Shown piece by piece: positions 1-8,048 of a DNA stretch of 54,575 nt. The stretch lies in NCBI GenBank assembly GCA_947625165.1, contig CANQNH010000002.1, positions 1-54,575 of the forward strand. The letters are read 5' to 3'. The translations under genes and the position numbers were made by a program. Origin of the DNA: an uncultured Clostridia bacterium. Lineage in GTDB: Bacteria > Bacillota > Clostridia > Christensenellales > UBA1242. The notes beneath the pieces were generated by a model. That model saw only the letters and a list, made by a program, of their open reading frames with translations. It was not told where the DNA came from and ran no database searches. The stretch's first letter is position 1; every line of letters starts with the position of its first letter.

Positions 1-51
1 CCCTCGCAACCAGCTTGGAAGGCTAGTGTTCTACCACTGAACTACACCTGC
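1..51 (-). tRNA. tRNA-Gly(UCC), 5' two-thirds only; the 3' part runs off the window edge
   Basis: Reverse complement reads GCAGGTG-TA-GTTC-AGTGGTA-GAAC-A-CTAGC-CTTCCAA-GCTGG. This gives the acceptor 5' strand, D arm and anticodon arm with TCC centred in a 7-nt loop. The T arm is cut by the window start. Confidence 0.8.
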
Positions 52-63
52 AAACGCCCTATT

Positions 64-92
64 AGTCTAGCATAGGAAAAAACAAAAGTCAA
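64..92 (-). promoter_or_regulatory. Sigma-A type promoter for tRNA-Gly
   Basis: Minus strand: TTGACT (92-87), 17-nt spacer, TGc + TAGACT (69-64). It lies 12 nt upstream of the mature tRNA 5' end. Confidence 0.55.
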
Positions 93-157
93 GAAAAAAC
101 GCAAAAAAAATTAAAAAGGGCGAAGAATTTTAGGAAAAAACACTTTCAAAAAGGGTT

Positions 158-2350
158 GTGAGTGTGATAAACTTAGACAAAACGATGGAAGAAACGGTGA
201 AAAATTCAAACGAAGAGATGGGCGAAAGGACGAAAGAAAGGAAAAAATTGCTGAACTCGCGCCCGATATTTTATGGATTTTTGGCTTTGCTGCTTGCGAT
301 TTCAACAGCAAAGTTTGTTTTTGAAGGAAGTTTGAGATACATAATTTTTGACATCGTGGCATTTGCCTTGTTTGTTGCCTATTGCATTTGGAAGAGAAGA
401 TACAAAATTTTGGCGCTTGTTTTTGCGGTGTTTATGTTTGGATTTGGCTGGTTTTTTGTTGGAATGGCAACTTTTGAAGGGAAAGAGATTGCCGGGAGCG
501 TGAATGTTGTTGGCAGAATATCTGACGACATCAAGCACTTGCGTTATGACGATGATGCAACGGTTGTTTTGAAAGATGTTCGCGTTGACGCGAAGTTGAT
601 TGGAAATGTGAAGTTGACGATTTCAGATTTTGGCGATTTGCAGGTGGGAGATGTGATTTCTTTCACGACGCAACTTGAAAAAGTGAAAATGTTTGAACTT
701 GGCTCTTTCAATCAGTCTGCCTATCGTGACAGAACGCCATATGTCGCACAAATTTCTTCCAAAGAAGTGACTGTGCGTGAAAAGGATGTTGTCGCTTTTG
801 ATGAAAAGTGTCGGATGGCGGTGAAAGACGCTTTATATAAGAATATGGGCGAGGAAAATGGCGCTTATGCTTATGCGGTGCTTTTCGGCGACAAAAACGA
901 TTTGTCATCTGAAATTTACAACAACTTTGTTGCGGCGGGCATTGTGCATTTGTTGACAACATCTGGACTGCATATAAGTTTTCTGCTTGCAATTTTGGCT
1001 TTCTTTTTGAAAAAATTACACCTAAAAACGCTTCCAAACTTGGCAATATGCGTTGGCTTTTTGTTGTTTTATTGCTATCTTTGCGGCTTCACGCCTTCCG
1101 TTTTGCGAGCGGGAGTGATGGGAGTTGTGTTGTTTTTCACAACACTCAGCGGTAAATGCTATGACGGGCTGAACTCTCTTGGACTTGCGGGCGGAATAAT
1201 TTTGCTTGTGTCACCGCTTTCTGCACTTGACATCGGCTTTTTGATGAGTTTCTTTTGCGTTATGTCAATTTTTATGCTTGCACCAATTCTGACAAAAGCA
1301 TTCAAAAAATTTCTTCCAAAATTTGTTGCATCAAGTTTTGCAGTTTCCATTTCAGCAACCTTGGGCATACTTCCTTTTGGAGCAGACTTTTTCGCCAATT
1401 TCAATTTTCTGTCCTTTTTCGTCAACCTGATTGCAGTGCCTGTTTTCAGTTTGATTTTTCCAATTTTGTTTGTGTCGGCATTTTTGTGCACTTTTATGCC
1501 ATTTTTGAGTTTTTTGCTGAAATTTTGCGGTTTTGGACTGATTTTCATCAAAAATGTTGCAATTTTCTTTGGGCAAACGCACCTTCAAACAACTTTGAAA
1601 CCGATTGACATATTCTTGAAAGCGGCGTTTTTCGTCACACTTTTTTCGTTCAGTGGGTTCATTCTTCAAAGCAAAAGGGCACGCCTGATTTCATCTGCCA
1701 CAATGCTGCTTCTTTGTGGGCTTGTTTTTGGGCTGTCCTATGTCCAAATGCCTGTGGGCGCATCAATCGTTTATGGCTATGACAACTCAAACAGCACTCT
1801 CATCTTGACAAACAGCGCCAGCCAAAGCGTTATTGTTGATTTTGGTGATGAAGAATATTGCCGCAAATTGCTCAATTTGTTGAATATAAAAAACATTTCC
1901 ACCGCTTTTGTTTTGCAGAAATCAACCGTGCTGATTAACTCCGCGCGTGAGGTTGGAGTGGAAACGCTTATTCGCTGCGATGATGGGCAAGGTTATGACG
2001 AAGAGACGCTCTTCTCACTCAACACTGCTGGGCAAGTTGGCGGATTTTCGTTTAAATATGTTGCCTATGGCAGCACACTTGTGGGCTTGGAAATTATTTT
2101 TGACCAAACAAGTGTCTTTGTGCTGCGCGACCGAAACGCAAGCGAAAACGCGCTCAAATGGGTGGCAGCAGAAAAATATGATTTTGTTGTGCTTGGCCGC
2201 CACGCAAACTATGCAAAATTCTTTGCAAATTCCAAAATTTTGGCGTATAGTGAAACTGAAAATGCCAATCTTTTTTCCACTTTTTCAAAAAATGGGAATG
2301 TCAAAATTTCTGTTTTTGACAAAAAATATGAAAGGAGGTGTTTGGATTGA
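158..2350 (+). CDS. comEC: ComEC/Rec2-family DNA internalisation channel protein; C-terminal metallo-beta-lactamase-like part looks degenerate
   Basis: 730-aa polytopic ORF with the competence-domain motif GIVHLLTTSGLHISFL, followed directly by holA as in Bacillus. Start is uncertain: GTG 158, or ATG 185. Confidence 0.8.
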   Translation: MSVINLDKTMEETVKNSNEEMGERTKERKKLLNSRPIFYGFLALLLAISTAKFVFEGSLRYIIFDIVAFALFVAYCIWKRRYKILALVFAVFMFGFGWFFVGMATFEGKEIAGSVNVVGRISDDIKHLRYDDDATVVLKDVRVDAKLIGNVKLTISDFGDLQVGDVISFTTQLEKVKMFELGSFNQSAYRDRTPYVAQISSKEVTVREKDVVAFDEKCRMAVKDALYKNMGEENGAYAYAVLFGDKNDLSSEIYNNFVAAGIVHLLTTSGLHISFLLAILAFFLKKLHLKTLPNLAICVGFLLFYCYLCGFTPSVLRAGVMGVVLFFTTLSGKCYDGLNSLGLAGGIILLVSPLSALDIGFLMSFFCVMSIFMLAPILTKAFKKFLPKFVASSFAVSISATLGILPFGADFFANFNFLSFFVNLIAVPVFSLIFPILFVSAFLCTFMPFLSFLLKFCGFGLIFIKNVAIFFGQTHLQTTLKPIDIFLKAAFFVTLFSFSGFILQSKRARLISSATMLLLCGLVFGLSYVQMPVGASIVYGYDNSNSTLILTNSASQSVIVDFGDEEYCRKLLNLLNIKNISTAFVLQKSTVLINSAREVGVETLIRCDDGQGYDEETLFSLNTAGQVGGFSFKYVAYGSTLVGLEIIFDQTSVFVLRDRNASENALKWVAAEKYDFVVLGRHANYAKFFANSKILAYSETENANLFSTFSKNGNVKISVFDKKYERRCLD

Positions 2351-3279
2351 AAACACTAAAATCAAGATTGCAAAAAAAAGTCGAAACCTGCTATGTTGTT
2401 CAGGGCGAGGATGTTTTGCTTTATGACAAAGCGCTGGAACTGATTAAAAAGGCGGCAAATCTTCAAATTGAGGATTTCAATTTTACTGTTTTTGATGAGG
2501 ACAATTTTTCGGAAGAAAAGGTTCTTGACAGCTTGCAAACACTTCCAATGGGCAGCGAAAAAAGAATTGTTCTTTTGAAAAATGTGGCAAAATTTGGCGA
2601 AAATTTCAAAAAAAGCCTGCAAAATTACACAAAAAACCCTGTTTTAAGCACAATTTTGGTTATTTTTGATTTTTTCAATAAATTTGATTTTTTGATAAGT
2701 GAAAAAATCAGTGCAAAGCGCCTTGACGACAAAAGTTTGCAAGAAATTGTTGTTGCAGAACTCAAAAAATATGAAAAAACGATAACTCCAAGCGCTTGCC
2801 AAAAACTTATTGAAGCGTGCTGCAACTATTATTCTTTGATAAAAAACGAACTTGACAAATTGGCAAGTTGTCTTGACGATGAAATCACGGACAAAACGAT
2901 TGACAAACTTGTTTGCAAAGAAACGGAATTCACGGCTTATGAACTGACAGAGGCGCTGTCAAGAAGAGATGCGGACAAGGCGGTTGGACTTTTAAATTTG
3001 ATGAACAAGGACACGAAAACATTTAATTTGGTTCTCAATCATTTTCGCAGGCTGTTTTTTGCATCAATAAGTGATTTGTCAGAAAAAGAACTTGCCGACC
3101 TTTTGGGAGTGAAAGAATATGCTGTTGTGAAAGCGAAACAACTTGCAAAAAATTTCACAAAGTTGCAACTGAAAAATATTTATGAAATGTTGAATGATGT
3201 TGATTTTTATATAAAAAATGGGCAAATGCAGGTTGAAAATGCGCTGTTTTATTTGATTTTTGGCATTTTGTATTGCTAA
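2347..3279 (+). CDS. holA: DNA polymerase III delta subunit
   Basis: AGGAGG (2333-2338) sits 8 nt before TTG 2347, which overlaps the comEC stop. The N-terminus CYVVQGEDVLLYDKA...FNFTVFD...LPMGSEKRIVLLKNV matches the HolA pattern. Synteny with comEC supports the call. The ORF track extends it to 2338. Confidence 0.7.
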   Translation: MKTLKSRLQKKVETCYVVQGEDVLLYDKALELIKKAANLQIEDFNFTVFDEDNFSEEKVLDSLQTLPMGSEKRIVLLKNVAKFGENFKKSLQNYTKNPVLSTILVIFDFFNKFDFLISEKISAKRLDDKSLQEIVVAELKKYEKTITPSACQKLIEACCNYYSLIKNELDKLASCLDDEITDKTIDKLVCKETEFTAYELTEALSRRDADKAVGLLNLMNKDTKTFNLVLNHFRRLFFASISDLSEKELADLLGVKEYAVVKAKQLAKNFTKLQLKNIYEMLNDVDFYIKNGQMQVENALFYLIFGILYC

Positions 3280-3631
3280 AATATGAATATGTGGTGATTT
3301 TTTGTAATTGGTTGGAATTAAAAAATAAATAAAAAACAAAAAAAATAAATTTCGCAAAAATAAAAAATTGAGCAAAAAAACAAAAAAATAAAATTTCAAA
3401 AATAAATAGAAAAAAACAAAAAACAAATTAAAAACCGAAAAAAACAAATAAAAAGAAAATAACAAATTGCAAAAAACAAATTTTATATGAAAAAACTAAG
3501 CCAAATATAAAATCAAAAAATAAAAATGTAAAATCAAAAAATAAGATTGAAAAAATAAATTGACAATTAAAAACAAATAAAAAGATACAAAATTAAAATT
3601 CAAATAAAAAATAAAACAAAAGAGGTGAAAA

Positions 3632-4225
3632 ATGGACACAGAACAAATTAAACAGGAATTTTTGGAAATTTTCTATGACAACATTGAGCGTGAAGGGGCG
3701 GAGGCGCTTCTTGAATTTTTGGAAAAGTCGGATTTTTTCACTGCGCCAGCATCTGGAAGGCGTCATTCAAATTTTGAAGGCGGGTTGTGTTTGCACAGTG
3801 TCAATGTCTATAAGCGATTTTTGAAACTCCTGCAAAATGAATATGGCGAAAAGTGGACAGATGTCATATCTGCTGAAAGTGTGGCAATCATTGCACTTTT
3901 GCACGATGTTTGCAAGGTCAACACCTACACAGTTGAGATGCGAAATGTCAAAGTTGACGGAGAGTGGACACAAAAACCTTTCTATAAGTATGGTGACACA
4001 CTTCCATATGGGCACGGGGAGAAGTCTGTTTATATGATTTCTGGCTTTATGCGTTTGACGCGTGAGGAAGCGATGGCAATAAATTGGCATATGGGTGCTT
4101 TTGACAGTCGCGCGGTGCAAAATGGTGGCATTTTGTCTGATGTTTTTTATCGCTATCCAACCGCATTCCTTTTCCATATTGCTGACTATATGGCAACTTA
4201 CCTTGACGAAAAGATTGTTGATTGA
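3632..4225 (+). CDS. HD-domain metal-dependent phosphohydrolase (small, stand-alone)
   Basis: GAGGTG RBS. Motifs GGLCLHSVNV, LLHDVCK and YGHGEKS are typical of HD hydrolases. 197 aa. Confidence 0.65.
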   Translation: MDTEQIKQEFLEIFYDNIEREGAEALLEFLEKSDFFTAPASGRRHSNFEGGLCLHSVNVYKRFLKLLQNEYGEKWTDVISAESVAIIALLHDVCKVNTYTVEMRNVKVDGEWTQKPFYKYGDTLPYGHGEKSVYMISGFMRLTREEAMAINWHMGAFDSRAVQNGGILSDVFYRYPTAFLFHIADYMATYLDEKIVD

Positions 4226-4514
4226 AAGTGAGTTGCTTTTGGCTGAATTTTTTGATCGAATTTTTGCGTTAAATTTTGGATTGTTGTTATTGACAGATAT
4301 TTGATCGTTTTACTGACGAATATTTGTCTTTTTTTGCAATGTGCAAAGATTATAGAAATGATCTAGAGAAAATGACATATAAATAAAAAGAGAAATTTTG
4401 TCTTTATTTTTTGCGAAAATCAACAAATTTTGTGCTTTTTTGCGAAAATGCGACTTTTTATTAAAAATTTTTCAAAAAAAGTGTCAAAAATGTGAATTTT
4501 TTTTAAAAAGGGTA

Positions 4515-4543
4515 TTGACACTCGTTGAAATTTGCGGTATAAT
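4515..4543 (+). promoter_or_regulatory. Perfect consensus sigma-A promoter (TTGACA-17-TATAAT)
   Basis: TTGACA 4515-4520, 17-nt spacer, TATAAT 4538-4543. GGAGG RBS and ATG 4569 follow. Confidence 0.75.
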
Positions 4544-4568
4544 AAAGGCATCATAACGGAGGTGTTAT

Positions 4569-7500
4569 ATGAAAATCGAAAAGGAATATCTGGATGAAGA
4601 CGAAATTCGTTACATCCTCAGAGCGCCTGAGAAGAATGGTTTTGATTTGGTTGTGCCATTTGAAGATGGCAAACGCTTGCTTTTTGTTCGTGATGACGAA
4701 ACGGGAGAACTTTGTGCTTTCTTCCAGAAAGGACCAAAGGAGAGATGCCTTTTTGTTAGAAAAGTCACAGACGAAGGCAAAAAAGATGGAGCAAGGATTT
4801 GGCTTTCAAATGAAAAAACTGCAAAAGCAACAAAAAACCCGTCTTACATCACCTATGCTGAACTTGTTGATGCAGCTGGAGCAGACCTCGCTGACGAGGT
4901 GAGAACACGTTTGGCACTTCCACAATTCACAAGACAAATCGGCAAGGTTCAAGAAAGACTTGATGCCTTGAAGGCAAGAAATTTGCCAAAAACAAAAAAA
5001 GAGGAGGATAAAAAAATGAGCGGAGTTGTTGATTACAACGGAAAAGGACAAGAGGTTAAAGAGCCTGTCCGTCAAAGAGTGAAGGGGGACACACCTATTC
5101 AATATAATCCTGTTGGATTTGTTGATGGTGCAAAACCAAGAGTTGACAAGCAACTTGATGCAGTTGTTGCAAAATTCTTGGAATTGAGAGCCAAAAATGG
5201 TGACAATTCAAAGAAATTGAACGAAAAACAAGTTGAGACCTTGGCAAGTCGTGCAGTTCGCGAAGTTGTTGCTGCTGCAAGGAACAGTGATGAAAAACGT
5301 GTTCTTAGTGCAAACATTTCAGTTTTGACAAAATATGCAGAAGGCAGGCTTAAGGGCGAAAAGGAAAAAACAGCACCTGCAATCAAGAAGGAAAGAGGTG
5401 TTGAAACCATTATTGGTGCAGTCAGCCATTTGCTTGAGGACAAAGATTTCTCTTTGAAATTTACTGCAAAAACTGGCAAGTTTGGCGAAACACTTTACAC
5501 CTTGGATGGCAAGGGTGAATATCGTCTTCCACTTGGAGATAAAATTGGCACACCTGACAAAAAGGCAGGAACTCGCACAGTTTCTCTTGATGACATCAAA
5601 AAGGTTGGAGAAGTTTATTTGAAACTTGGGCTTATTGATGCATATTCTGAGGCTGTTGTTGATTATATTATGAGTTCATCTTTGGCAAAGAGAAAACAGT
5701 CTTTGACAAAGGAAGAAAGAGAATATGTTGTTGGCAGAGTTAAAGAAACTTTGCAAGCCAAAACTGTCACAATGGACAATGCAAATGTTTTGAGTGAAGA
5801 TGAAAAAACAAGAGTTGAATTTGCAAGTCCAGAATGGGTTTACAGAAGAGATATTGAAAAAGTTGTGACTCAACTCACAAAGATTAACAACTATGATGAG
5901 CGTGTTATCGCAGCAAACACTCTTGCAAAAGAATTTTTGAACAAGAACAAAGATCTGAAAAAAGCAAACGGAGCAACAAGAGAGGCAGCTTTGAGACAGT
6001 GGAGAGGCTACTTTGTGAAAGAGGCTCAAAAGCAAAATCCTGTTTTCACAACCACTTTGGGAGCAATCACTCCAACACCTGAAAGGGTTGTCACCGAAGA
6101 GGAAAAAGCAAGAAACGAACAGGATGCAAGAAACATTGCTGGACATCTTGGAAACTCTGATGGCACAAGAAAGCCAAAATCTCTTGAAGAGCTTGAAAAA
6201 GAACAAAGAGAAAGAGAAGCTGCTGAAAAGGCTGCCGCTGAAGAGAGAGAAAAGAAAGAAAAAGCAGAGCGTGAGCGTGAAGCAAAAGAAAAAACAAAAA
6301 AAGACAAACGAGCAAAAACAAAAGCAACAGTGAAGAGAATTTTGAAAAAACCTCTCACTTGGATTGCTTTGGCAGCAGTCACCGCACTTGCAGCAACAGA
6401 ACTCACACTTGGACTGTGGTCAAAACCTGATCAAACAAAAGAAGCAAAACAACAAGCAAAACAACTTGCTGGTGAAACAAAGATGGAAGCAACAGTTGGG
6501 GAAGATTTTGACCTTCAAAACTTCAAAATCACTGATGCAAAGGGCAGAGAAATTGTGACATCTTACAATCAAAAATTCAGTCTTGTTGGACACTTGCGCC
6601 CAGCAAAACAGAACTATGACGAAGTTGAGATGGAAACATATTTCACAGAACTTGGTGCAAGAGCTGCTTTGAGTGTTGCTTCAAAAGCAAACCTTAAGGG
6701 TGAAGATGGAAAAATCACAGTTCCATTTGTCACAGAAAGCGGAAAGACAACACGAGCAGAATTTGCAAGTGACCTCACAAAGTTGGGATACAGTGAAGAA
6801 GAAATTTCGAAAGCCACAGAACTTTATGAAGATGCGTTCGCAAAGACATATAACGAAAACTATGATGCGAAGAACTTTGAAAAGCAACAAACTCCTCCAG
6901 ATGGCGGACAAGACGGACCAGGAGGCACACAAGGACAAGAAACAAAGATTGACTTGAAGGGTGAAACAGCAAAGGCTATTTACGAAAGTGCAATTGAAAA
7001 GTATGATCCAAACTTTGACATTGAAAATGCCATTGTTGATGGTGAAAATGTTTATGCAACCGGAACAGGCACAATGCTTGACGGAACACCTGTTGATTTG
7101 CTTTACACACTCAACATCAGCGGACTTGGAACAGAAGCTGTTGACAGCGAACAGGAACTTAAAGATGCTGTTTCTGCTTTGGATGCTCGCACAATTGGCA
7201 ACACAAGAGCCGTTGGTGCAGAGTATTACCTTGACACACAGCAAGGACATTCTTCAAAGACAATTGACAGATACAGAAATGAAGTTGACTCTGAATATTA
7301 CATCGTTTCAAGCGAATCTCCTGAAAAAGTTTCATCAAAGGGAACTCCAGGAACTGCGATTGTTGCAATGAAAGTTGATGGCGAAAATGTTGAGAAAGTT
7401 GATTGTGGCGTTGTCTACGCTCCATCAGACCTGATGAACAGGGCCGGGCTTATCGTTGTTGGTCTTCTTAAACAAGAATATGGCGAGAGATACATTCCTC

Positions 7501-7598
7501 AAACAGGTGTTGTTTACTATCAAAACAGCAATGAAGCAAATGCACAGGCACAAGCTGCAGAAGATAATAAAAACAAAAACCCAGACAGAGTGATCTAA
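4569..7598 (+). CDS. Hypothetical 1,009-aa bitopic membrane protein: ~590-aa N-terminal part, K/E-rich coil, one TM helix, ~390-aa C-terminal part
   Basis: Long ORF with strong promoter, RBS and terminator. The K/E-rich run EKEQREREAAEKAAAEEREKKEKAEREREAKEKTKKDKRAKTK is followed by the hydrophobic WIALAAVTALAATELTLGLW. I recognise no family motif. Confidence 0.85.
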   Translation: MKIEKEYLDEDEIRYILRAPEKNGFDLVVPFEDGKRLLFVRDDETGELCAFFQKGPKERCLFVRKVTDEGKKDGARIWLSNEKTAKATKNPSYITYAELVDAAGADLADEVRTRLALPQFTRQIGKVQERLDALKARNLPKTKKEEDKKMSGVVDYNGKGQEVKEPVRQRVKGDTPIQYNPVGFVDGAKPRVDKQLDAVVAKFLELRAKNGDNSKKLNEKQVETLASRAVREVVAAARNSDEKRVLSANISVLTKYAEGRLKGEKEKTAPAIKKERGVETIIGAVSHLLEDKDFSLKFTAKTGKFGETLYTLDGKGEYRLPLGDKIGTPDKKAGTRTVSLDDIKKVGEVYLKLGLIDAYSEAVVDYIMSSSLAKRKQSLTKEEREYVVGRVKETLQAKTVTMDNANVLSEDEKTRVEFASPEWVYRRDIEKVVTQLTKINNYDERVIAANTLAKEFLNKNKDLKKANGATREAALRQWRGYFVKEAQKQNPVFTTTLGAITPTPERVVTEEEKARNEQDARNIAGHLGNSDGTRKPKSLEELEKEQREREAAEKAAAEEREKKEKAEREREAKEKTKKDKRAKTKATVKRILKKPLTWIALAAVTALAATELTLGLWSKPDQTKEAKQQAKQLAGETKMEATVGEDFDLQNFKITDAKGREIVTSYNQKFSLVGHLRPAKQNYDEVEMETYFTELGARAALSVASKANLKGEDGKITVPFVTESGKTTRAEFASDLTKLGYSEEEISKATELYEDAFAKTYNENYDAKNFEKQQTPPDGGQDGPGGTQGQETKIDLKGETAKAIYESAIEKYDPNFDIENAIVDGENVYATGTGTMLDGTPVDLLYTLNISGLGTEAVDSEQELKDAVSALDARTIGNTRAVGAEYYLDTQQGHSSKTIDRYRNEVDSEYYIVSSESPEKVSSKGTPGTAIVAMKVDGENVEKVDCGVVYAPSDLMNRAGLIVVGLLKQEYGERYIPQTGVVYYQNSNEANAQAQAAEDNKNKNPDRVI

Positions 7599-7620
7599 GA
7601 CAAGCCAAAGAAACAAAAAA

Positions 7621-7648
7621 GTCGGAATTTAAAATTCCGGCTTTTTTT
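7621..7648 (+). terminator. Intrinsic terminator
   Basis: GTCGGAATTT-AAAATTCCGGC hairpin followed by T7. Confidence 0.8.
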
Positions 7649-7712
7649 CATAATAATTTGTGTTTGATAAAACAATTTTTTTGTATTTTTCGAATTAAAA
7701 AAGTTAAAAGCA

Positions 7713-7741
7713 TTGACAAAATTTTGAAAATATTATAAAAT
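7713..7741 (+). promoter_or_regulatory. Sigma-A type promoter for tRNA-Leu
   Basis: TTGACA 7713-7718, 17 nt, TAAAAT 7736-7741. It lies 10 nt before the tRNA 5' end. Confidence 0.6.
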
Positions 7742-7751
7742 GTCAAAGTAC

Positions 7752-7837
7752 GCGGATGTGGCGGAATGGCAGACGCGCAGGTTTCAGGTACCTGTGGTGG
7801 CAACACTGTGGAGGTTCGACCCCTCTCATCCGCACCA
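7752..7837 (+). tRNA. tRNA-Leu(CAG), class II with long variable arm, CCA encoded
   Basis: GCGGATG acceptor pairs with CATCCGC. Anticodon stem CAGGT/ACCTG with loop TTCAGGT (CAG). Long variable arm, T arm with GGTTCGA, then ACCA. Confidence 0.9.
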
Positions 7838-8048
7838 TTTTTACAATTGTCATTCGTCTTAAATTGATGAGTGGCATTTTTTATAGATAGTACGACAAAA
7901 AACGCCATACGGCATATTTGAAACAGTTGGTTTGTTGAATGTTTCAGTTAGAGAAATTGTGTCTTGTGAAAACCATTGCATAGGATTGTGAAATTGAATT
8001 TATTTATCAATAAAACTGCTAATATAGAAAAGATTTTTTCTTTTTATC

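Noticed and set aside
1-12. ccctcgcaacca at the window start is identical to the 3' end (…CCCTCGCAACCA) of the tRNA-fMet gene read on the plus strand. This suggested a second fMet gene ending at position 12.
   Set aside because: The minus strand over 1-51 folds into a clean D arm and anticodon arm of tRNA-Gly(UCC). The 12-mer corresponds to its variable loop and T-stem start. I treat the identity as coincidental, but the sequence left of the window would settle it.
158-2350. Possible alternative genetic code (TGA as Trp, as in Mollicutes-like lineages), given the low GC and reduced-genome look.
   Set aside because: comEC, GT8, gyrB, the giant ORF and others terminate at TGA with normal protein lengths, followed by a downstream RBS or terminator. 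No conserved protein shows an in-frame TGA.
3079-3465. F/L/K-rich ORFs inside A/T-only spacers. Others are at 27963-28175, 27772-28023, 24008-24385, 35270-35458, 40196-40390, 51471-51916 and 50154-50513.
   Set aside because: They are translations of homopolymeric low-complexity DNA (poly-Phe, Lys or Asn). They have no RBS and overlap promoters or terminators, so they are not credible genes.
7838-8048. Imperfect long hairpin (TGGCATTTTTT...AAAAAACGCCA) and a GAAACA/TGTTTC stem between tRNA-Leu and the ABC gene, considered as an sRNA or att site.
   Set aside because: There is no flanking T-run in a consistent orientation and no repeat of the tRNA 3' end. The region is most simply a pair of weak convergent terminators, which is not enough to call a feature.
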